From: a virus
Length of the DNA stretch: 64,000 nt
Virus record (IMG/VR): IMGVR_UViG_3300044846_001307
Location: 12,725-76,724 of that record
Reading direction: 5' to 3' (one strand)
A program made the translations under genes and the position numbers. The notes beneath the pieces are model-generated. The model made no database searches, had not been told where the DNA came from, and worked only from the letters and a program-made list of their open reading frames with translations. Each line of letters begins with the position of its first letter. The stretch's first letter is position 1. Below, in pieces: positions 41,886 through 49,544 of the stretch.

Positions 41886-44800
41886 TTATAAATATTCAAC
41901 TTGTCCTCCTGCTGCTAAGAATTGTTCTAATTCTTCTGGAGTCATATATACTTCTTCATCATCCATGTAACCACCATCTTGCATGTAACCACCATATTGA
42001 GCAGCATTACTGTTTGCATAATTACCAAAGGTTGCTCTACTGTTTCTGTCTGATCCCATTTCATCGTATCTAAACATACCAGTTTTACTACCTATATCTC
42101 CCCAATCTCCCTTATCAGTTTGATTAGATGCCATTACATTAGCCATTGGATCAAACTTGTCTAACAACATATTGTTTTCAATTGGATTGTTTTGCATTCT
42201 TTCCATAAAACCTAGACCTGCATTAGCCATTGAATTAAATGCATTAACTCCTGCTTCACCATCAAAGTTTCTAGCTGTTTTACGTTGTCTTTCTACACCA
42301 ACATACTGATTTGGATTAGGTTGAGGTGCTGGCTCTTGAGGTATAATTTCTTGACCTTGGTTACCTAATGTATGACCAGTATTTGCAGTTTCAGCATAAG
42401 AACCTGTCCCAGTCTGAGTTATAAAGTTGAATGGGTTTTGTTGTTGTGGCATTTTGTTAGGAGCTTGTGCACCAAACAGATCATTTTCAAATTGAGATTG
42501 TTGAGAATAAGGATTATATCCTGCTTGATTTTGACCAGCTCCCATACCAAAACCAGTACCTACTTCAAATGCACCACCCATTCTTTTAAAAGAAGGATTT
42601 TTTATTCTATCAACTAATGTTTTAAGAGTACCATATGCATTCTTTACATTATCAACTGCATCTCTAGCACCATAATAAACTTGATCAGTATTGTATCTAG
42701 CACCACGTCCTTGTTCATATCTCTCAGCTTGTCTTAGATTTCTTTGACCTCTTCTAGTTTGCTCATCCCACTCTTCATCACTAAATTGGAATCTTTCTTT
42801 TGCTTGATCTTCTAAACGATCTCTTCTACTTGTCTTTTCAGGCTTGTCATTGTTTTTGTAATTAACCATTGACCAACCATCTTGAAGTGCATCTTTTACC
42901 ATTTTTTTATCAAGACGACCAAGATTAGACTTGTTTCCAGAACCTCTACGGTTATCTAACATACCCTCAAGGTTTTGTAAATCACCCATAGGAACTCCAG
43001 TACCATCACCATCTACTTGATAGATGTCAATCCATTTTTTTCTACCACCTAATAAACCTTTCTTAGTAGTGTAACTTGCAACAGGTTTGTCTGGTATAAG
43101 ACCATTATAAGATCTACCATCATTTAAATAATATGGAGAACCTTTTTGTTTAACCCATGATCCTGCAGCACCAAACACTGGATTCCACGGAACTAAGTTA
43201 CGACCATAACCACCTGGATTTCTAACCTGTGTATACTTATAGTTCATTTTAGCTATTGGAATACACATGTTGTATTTGTCATTCCAAACTGTACCAGGAC
43301 CACACTGAGTTTTCTTTGATTGCAAGCTTGCACTTGAATTTGATACACAAGCAGATCCATTCCAAGTATATCCTGCTGGACACTTCTGAGTACTTCCTTC
43401 TTCTTCTTGTTCTTCACCACCTATATTAGTATAATCTTTCAATGCTTCATCATAAAAATTTTGATAATCATCATATGTCCTATCATCTAATTTAACATCA
43501 ACATCATAGTCCCCATCTGGATTAGCAGCTTCCCAATCTTCTCTTTCACTTTTTCTATTTAATATTTCATTATCTGCCCATTCTTGATAATTCATTTTAT
43601 CTTGCATACCTCTTAGCTCTCCAGCTTTGTTAGTAATAGTAATACCATCTCTAGCTTGTTCTAAATCATATGGTTCATAGTATTCACTCTCATCACCACC
43701 ATAAATAAATTTAACAAGTGGTTCTTCAGCATTCATATCTACAAATCCACCAAATGCTGCAGTAAAATCTGTATTCATTGGTTCTTCTTCAGCAAGATTT
43801 TCTTTATAACCATCTTGCGTTAACATGTTTAGAATCTTTGGATTACCCTGAGCATTCTTATAAATATCTTTTGATATAGCTTTATTAGAATTAGTTTTTA
43901 ATGTACTAATGAAAGAGTTTTTCATGTTAGCAACATCATCTGTCAAAGTATCTTTTCTATTACCTTTACCTAATGCTTCAGTATCACCACCTTCTGCATA
44001 CATTGAAACCATTTTTTTAATAAATCTGTTTTCAGAAACACCACCTTTTGCAAAATCATCAGGTAATACTTGGTTTTGTAAATTTGGGTTTACAACATTT
44101 GAATCTTGGTATCTATAATAGTTATAGTCACTAGGAGTTTGTCCTTTTAAGAATTTTAAACTATCTGGTGTCCGTAATGAATTCGGATCAATAGTACCAT
44201 CTTCTCTAATAGGAGTAGGGTCTAAAACTCTACTTGGCCCTACATCAGTACCACATGTACATTTACCAAGAGCATTTTTAGGTTGGAAGTTTGGTAAATT
44301 ACGATCCTCACATTGACACGGATGTGCTAATGCATCATATGTTTGATAACCTAGATAACCTAAACCACCACCAATAAGTGTAGTCTTTAAACCTAATCTA
44401 TACTTATAGTTAATAGCATTCTTAATATCAGATGCTGTTTGTGAATAAGGTATAGCAGCAGGGTCTTGAATGTTTGGTCCAAGAGCCATGTTTGCATAAC
44501 CATATACAGGTTGATCAATATTTTCAATTCCTTTTGCACCAGTTCTGAATAATTGGTTTAATCCAGTTGTTCCATATGTTTCTAAACCTCTACCAATTTT
44601 TCCTCTGTTACTTAAAGTATCCCATGTAGATGGTGGTAGACCTGTTATATCAACTTTGTTTACACCTTTAAAATCATCCATGTAATTAGGAAAAGGAGTT
44701 GTTCCAAAATCTTTTAATAACAACTCATTCATGCTACCTGTAAATGAAGAACCAATTGGTCTTGTAACTCTTGATTTTGTTTGAACACCCATTGTTAATG

Positions 44801-46226
44801 GATTACCTAATGGATCAAATACATTTAATCCACCTGTCTCAGGGTCTTGATTGTAATAAAATCTATTTTTAAATGTAACTTCTTTAGCTTTAGGAGGTGT
44901 TGTACCAAAAGGTAAATTTTGGTTAGGACCAAAAGTATGTTTAAACTCAAAAAATTTATTACCAGCATCATCTTCACCACCAATAACTTTTGTTTGAGGA
45001 GGGTAAATACCACTAATCAAACCTTCTTGTTGAGACATGTTACCGTAAAGGTCTTCTAATGTAAAAGGTTCATTATTGGTTCTTTCTAATTGCATTATTA
45101 AATCTTGAACATCTGCTTGATCTAATACTAACCTATCAGCTTGTAAGCTACCATCAGTTCCACCAGCATATGTCCCATTCTGACTAAACACTCCTGTTTT
45201 TGGAGTAGCTCCATTAATAACATTCCAAAGCTCAGTTCTATTCTGTGTAAATGGAGTAGCTAATTTTGGAGCAAACTTTGCTCCTACATAAGGTAACCTA
45301 GTCATTGCATCACCAATACCTGTAAATACAGGTAATGCTTTACGTACTGTAGATAAATTAGATAAAGGATTTGCTTTGTTAGCATATCCAATAGTTGGAA
45401 CATACTCAGCTAATTTTTGAAGTGCATTTTTAACAGGAGGTGTATTTAATCCATATTGTGCTCTTGGTAAATAATCTTGAGGTTGGTAAGAATCAGATGC
45501 ACTTCTGTAATCACCTAAGTAATAAGATAGATCTGGAGTTGCTGGCATCTGTTGTGCACCTGGTGTCATAGCAATTAAATCTTCCATAGAGAAAGGTTTT
45601 CCTTCAGGTGTTTTCCCCGGTGTACCATACTGATTTATTACAGTTTGTTCTCTACTTGGTTGTTGGTTAGGGTTCATATCTTCAAATTCAGGATACTCTC
45701 CACCATCATCAAAGTAACCACCATATTTAAAAGCTTGTTCTTCTTCATCCTGTGTCATTTCTAAAGCAGAATTCTGATTCATTTGTGCATCTTCCTCATC
45801 ATATAAACCACCATCAGAAATTGCTAGTTCTTCTTGCTCTGCATCTGAAGCTGCTCTTTCATTATCTTCATCTGTTTGTTGCTGTGGATTAGCTGGTTCT
45901 TCTGTTTGAGTTTTATCTTCAACTAATTCTGGATCAACATAACCTTCTTCTGCAAGTTTACTCATAGCAGATTTAATAAGCATTATAGATGTATTCTCAT
46001 CTAATGCATACTCATTAATAAGTTGATTAAATAACATATCAGGTGTAGCATCATTTTTTAATGATATATAAACCTGATCATATATTTGATTTAGTTTAGC
46101 CGGATCCATACTTGGAGTTCCTACTTCCATACCCATAGCTGCTTTTTCTAAAAACTTAGCAGTTTTGTTATAGTACCCTGGAGTTTCACCTGGAAGTGCT
46201 TTTCTAATCCTTACTTGCTTCTTCAT
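41886..46226 (-). CDS. putative virion cargo polyprotein
   Basis: 1446 aa modular low-complexity protein; many xxGG motifs; small Cys modules. Confidence 0.7.
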   Translation of the reverse strand: MKKQVRIRKALPGETPGYYNKTAKFLEKAAMGMEVGTPSMDPAKLNQIYDQVYISLKNDATPDMLFNQLINEYALDENTSIMLIKSAMSKLAEEGYVDPELVEDKTQTEEPANPQQQTDEDNERAASDAEQEELAISDGGLYDEEDAQMNQNSALEMTQDEEEQAFKYGGYFDDGGEYPEFEDMNPNQQPSREQTVINQYGTPGKTPEGKPFSMEDLIAMTPGAQQMPATPDLSYYLGDYRSASDSYQPQDYLPRAQYGLNTPPVKNALQKLAEYVPTIGYANKANPLSNLSTVRKALPVFTGIGDAMTRLPYVGAKFAPKLATPFTQNRTELWNVINGATPKTGVFSQNGTYAGGTDGSLQADRLVLDQADVQDLIMQLERTNNEPFTLEDLYGNMSQQEGLISGIYPPQTKVIGGEDDAGNKFFEFKHTFGPNQNLPFGTTPPKAKEVTFKNRFYYNQDPETGGLNVFDPLGNPLTMGVQTKSRVTRPIGSSFTGSMNELLLKDFGTTPFPNYMDDFKGVNKVDITGLPPSTWDTLSNRGKIGRGLETYGTTGLNQLFRTGAKGIENIDQPVYGYANMALGPNIQDPAAIPYSQTASDIKNAINYKYRLGLKTTLIGGGLGYLGYQTYDALAHPCQCEDRNLPNFQPKNALGKCTCGTDVGPSRVLDPTPIREDGTIDPNSLRTPDSLKFLKGQTPSDYNYYRYQDSNVVNPNLQNQVLPDDFAKGGVSENRFIKKMVSMYAEGGDTEALGKGNRKDTLTDDVANMKNSFISTLKTNSNKAISKDIYKNAQGNPKILNMLTQDGYKENLAEEEPMNTDFTAAFGGFVDMNAEEPLVKFIYGGDESEYYEPYDLEQARDGITITNKAGELRGMQDKMNYQEWADNEILNRKSEREDWEAANPDGDYDVDVKLDDRTYDDYQNFYDEALKDYTNIGGEEQEEEGSTQKCPAGYTWNGSACVSNSSASLQSKKTQCGPGTVWNDKYNMCIPIAKMNYKYTQVRNPGGYGRNLVPWNPVFGAAGSWVKQKGSPYYLNDGRSYNGLIPDKPVASYTTKKGLLGGRKKWIDIYQVDGDGTGVPMGDLQNLEGMLDNRRGSGNKSNLGRLDKKMVKDALQDGWSMVNYKNNDKPEKTSRRDRLEDQAKERFQFSDEEWDEQTRRGQRNLRQAERYEQGRGARYNTDQVYYGARDAVDNVKNAYGTLKTLVDRIKNPSFKRMGGAFEVGTGFGMGAGQNQAGYNPYSQQSQFENDLFGAQAPNKMPQQQNPFNFITQTGTGSYAETANTGHTLGNQGQEIIPQEPAPQPNPNQYVGVERQRKTARNFDGEAGVNAFNSMANAGLGFMERMQNNPIENNMLLDKFDPMANVMASNQTDKGDWGDIGSKTGMFRYDEMGSDRNSRATFGNYANSNAAQYGGYMQDGGYMDDEEVYMTPEELEQFLAAGGQVEYL

Positions 46227-46241
46227 AACATGTTATATATA

Positions 46242-46286
46242 TAAATATACTAAATTTTAATTTAATCAATACACTTTAAAAGTTTA
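46242..46286 (-). promoter_or_regulatory. putative late promoter/operator (17-bp palindrome + N20 + TATATTTA)
   Basis: Minus strand TAAACTTTTAAAGTGTA-N20-TATATTTA-N15-ATG. Confidence 0.5.
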
Positions 46287-49200
46287 CTCATCCTCAATGA
46301 TATAACCATCTTTAATATACTGATCTATTTCTTTTTTAGATAACTTGGCTACCATACCACCTTTTTTATTTTTTGGTTTTACCCACGGGTTAGTTAATAA
46401 CTCTTCAGCTTTACTATAAACTTTTTTAACAGGCTCTGTAACATATTCATCAAGATATTCTTGAGGTGCAGCCATACCCATACCAGCAAGAGCTGCAGCA
46501 TAAGCAGCACCATAACCATATCGTTCTATTAAACTTTGTAAATTTCCTCCTTGAGTTCTCCAATCAAACTCATCATTTCTAAGTTTATCCATGTTAACAG
46601 GAATGTATCTATTAGAAAAAGGTAATCTTCTATGGAATGAAAGACCTGGTTCAGATAAAGGAATACTAGGCTTTCTATTACCAAGAGCATCTGTAACTAA
46701 AACACCATTTCTATTAGACATTTTTTGAAAACTTATATCAGAACCAGGAACATTTCTATTAAATTGAGCACCAAATACTCCTGAATATTGTTCATTAGGT
46801 TCATTAAGTTCAGCCCAATTACCTTCAGACATAATTTGATTTTTACCCATTCTTAATAATGGACCAGCTGAAGGATTTAATTCTCCAGACATTTTTACAT
46901 AATCTAATGTATCACCAAATTTTCTAAATGCTGTACCATCCATAGGATTCATTTTTTCTCCATAGAAAGGAAGAGCATTTAAAGGACTTCCTGTAAATGG
47001 ACCCATTTTTTCAATGCTTGTACCAAACAAAGGTATCCTTACTGGATTTATCATTATAGGTGCTATATTTTTAGCTAATGAATTTACAGTACCTATAGTA
47101 CCTATGTTAGCCATTCTTGCTGCAGTTTTACCTGATGCACCTAAAGATTGTAATCCTTTAACAATTGCACCAGTTCTAGCTTTAATTAAACCACCATCTG
47201 AATAACCTAACAAATTTGTATTCATTGGTTGTTGAGGTACTCTCCATCCAGGATTAACTTTATTAATATTAAACTCACCAAAACCTAAACCTTTACTTAA
47301 TGTATTAATAGGTTTTGTGATAGATTGAAATTTTGGTTGACCTATACCAGGAATAGCAGTACTTGGATTACCCATAAATATTCCAGATCCAGGTGTTGCA
47401 GCATTATATGTAAATGCATATCTACTTTCCGGACTAAGATTTGCTATCATAGTTCCCGGAGTTTTTAAAGTATTAAGTGTCTTAAAAGCATTTTTAGCAA
47501 CTCCTACAGCAGGTAGTGCACCTAAAGCATCTAATGCAGCTGTACCATAGTTTCCTTTCTCAAAGTTATCATATGCACTTTCAGCAAAAGCTGGTGCATT
47601 TGCATAGTAACTAAGTTGACTAATTGGATTATTAAATACATTAGACATAAGTGGTTTTATCAAATTGGGCTTATACCATTTAGCACCTTTTGTAATTGCA
47701 TTTAATCCTTTGATACCACCATATGTGGATCCAACATCCCATAATTCTTTCCCTACAGCAGGAAGAAACTCTCCTTTATCATAACCTTCTCTTAGATTGA
47801 AACCAATCTTAAATGGATTAAAAGGTTGTAAAAGAAAGTTAAAAGGACTCATTACACTTACAGGCATTGTACCTAAATCCTCTCCTGTCTCATCTTCAAT
47901 CTGTTTTCTTTGAGAATAGGTTAAATTTTTAGGTCCATCCCACATACCTTCTCTCGCATTCATTGCATAGTACATACAATCAAAAGGATGTTTTAAACAA
48001 TCTTTTACTTTAGCTCCAGTATTTTCATCAATATTAAATTGATTTCCTGAAACTTGTTTTATTGTGTCAGGATTTTTTTCATATAAAAGTCTAGCCTCTA
48101 TACTGTTATTTAATATATCGGCATATGTTTCTTTTTTATCACCAGTTTTTTGTTCTAATAATTTTTGCATTGCTTGACTAGGATCCTCTTGAAATGATTT
48201 TAATATTTCAAGTTTACTTTTTTGTGTAGAACCTGCATTATCTAATGCTTGTTTAAGAACTTGTTTAGTAGCATCTGATTGAAAATTTTGCATGTATGCT
48301 AAATAAGCATCATTAAAATCTTTAGCTTTAGCAGTATTTGCAGCAGCTAGTGCATTCTTTTGATTTAAAGTTTGGTTCAATAATGCATTGTTCTGTCTAA
48401 CATTAGCCATAGCATCATCTTTTGCAAAAGTAAGTCCATCATACTGACCTGCTTTTCCATACTTATCCATCCAATCTGAATAAGCTTTCTCACCTCTTTC
48501 AGTTTTTTGAGATTGATAATTAATAAAATCTCCTAAGTTATTTGTACCACTATGATATCTCTTTTCCCATGCAGTCATTGGGTCATCAGATTCTAAAAAT
48601 ATTTTACGATCCTGATCAACCTTAGCTCTATCAGTTCCGGGTATAGAATCTATATTTGAAACAAGACTTGCATATGCATCATCTATTATTTTATTTGTAG
48701 GTTTTTCAAATGTAGATTTTAAACCTGACTGTGTCCCTATTTTAGGAGAAAGTCCTTTAATAACTTGGTCTACAGGTTTACCTTGCTCAATGGCTTTTGT
48801 AAGTATACTCTTAGTTACTTCAGCTTCATAGTTAGCTTTAGCTGCTCCCATTAAATCTCCAAGTTGTTCTTTAACTTGTTTAGGATCTAAACCCCAATAG
48901 TTTTTAAATTGCTCTGCTTGAAAACCATTTGTAATAATTCTATCTTGAACTATGTTTTTAGGAAACAATTCTATATAACCATCTTTCTTATGAACAAGAA
49001 AATTATTTTTTAACTCAGCTTCTTCTTCCGGTGAAACATTAGATTCTGGAATTTTTTTCCAAGGTTCAATTTTATCTTGTTTTTTAGATTTAGCAAATGT
49101 CTCACGATATTTATCACTCTCTTCTTTATACCATCTTTTTTGTTGTTCATTTGCTTTAGTACGTATATCATTTATGTCTTTAGCTAAAGCTGTATTTCTA

Positions 49201-49544
49201 GCTAATTGTTTAGCTTCAAAGTCTTTTTGTATTTGATTCATTTCTGCTTTAGAAGCAGCAATATATTCTGATTCAGGTAAACATTGTCCATTAAACTCAT
49301 ACATACCTGGAGGACATCCTTCACCTCTCATATAACCTGGCAATGATTCATTCCAATATGATGGTTGCTGTACTCCTTGTACTTCTACCATAGGAGAAGC
49401 TGGTGTTTCCCCATCATATGGATCTTGTGATTTATTTGAAGATTTAAATTTACTTTTTTTAAGTCTACTATTTTTAATTGTTTTACCAAATCTGGCTTGA
49501 GGTAATTCCTGTGGAATACTAGTTATTCTGTACTTTGCCATCAC
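46284..49544 (-). CDS. putative virion cargo polyprotein
   Basis: 1086 aa; LPQARFG, SDGG, LIKARTG and KKGG motifs; shared C-terminal tag. Confidence 0.7.
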   Translation of the reverse strand: MMAKYRITSIPQELPQARFGKTIKNSRLKKSKFKSSNKSQDPYDGETPASPMVEVQGVQQPSYWNESLPGYMRGEGCPPGMYEFNGQCLPESEYIAASKAEMNQIQKDFEAKQLARNTALAKDINDIRTKANEQQKRWYKEESDKYRETFAKSKKQDKIEPWKKIPESNVSPEEEAELKNNFLVHKKDGYIELFPKNIVQDRIITNGFQAEQFKNYWGLDPKQVKEQLGDLMGAAKANYEAEVTKSILTKAIEQGKPVDQVIKGLSPKIGTQSGLKSTFEKPTNKIIDDAYASLVSNIDSIPGTDRAKVDQDRKIFLESDDPMTAWEKRYHSGTNNLGDFINYQSQKTERGEKAYSDWMDKYGKAGQYDGLTFAKDDAMANVRQNNALLNQTLNQKNALAAANTAKAKDFNDAYLAYMQNFQSDATKQVLKQALDNAGSTQKSKLEILKSFQEDPSQAMQKLLEQKTGDKKETYADILNNSIEARLLYEKNPDTIKQVSGNQFNIDENTGAKVKDCLKHPFDCMYYAMNAREGMWDGPKNLTYSQRKQIEDETGEDLGTMPVSVMSPFNFLLQPFNPFKIGFNLREGYDKGEFLPAVGKELWDVGSTYGGIKGLNAITKGAKWYKPNLIKPLMSNVFNNPISQLSYYANAPAFAESAYDNFEKGNYGTAALDALGALPAVGVAKNAFKTLNTLKTPGTMIANLSPESRYAFTYNAATPGSGIFMGNPSTAIPGIGQPKFQSITKPINTLSKGLGFGEFNINKVNPGWRVPQQPMNTNLLGYSDGGLIKARTGAIVKGLQSLGASGKTAARMANIGTIGTVNSLAKNIAPIMINPVRIPLFGTSIEKMGPFTGSPLNALPFYGEKMNPMDGTAFRKFGDTLDYVKMSGELNPSAGPLLRMGKNQIMSEGNWAELNEPNEQYSGVFGAQFNRNVPGSDISFQKMSNRNGVLVTDALGNRKPSIPLSEPGLSFHRRLPFSNRYIPVNMDKLRNDEFDWRTQGGNLQSLIERYGYGAAYAAALAGMGMAAPQEYLDEYVTEPVKKVYSKAEELLTNPWVKPKNKKGGMVAKLSKKEIDQYIKDGYIIEDE

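Noticed and set aside
40961-41998. Short DNA tandem repeats (caccttgtg repeats near 40961-40989; catgtaaccaccat x2 near 41964-41996)
   Set aside because: They simply encode QGA and GGYM low-complexity peptide repeats; no evidence for a DNA-level function.
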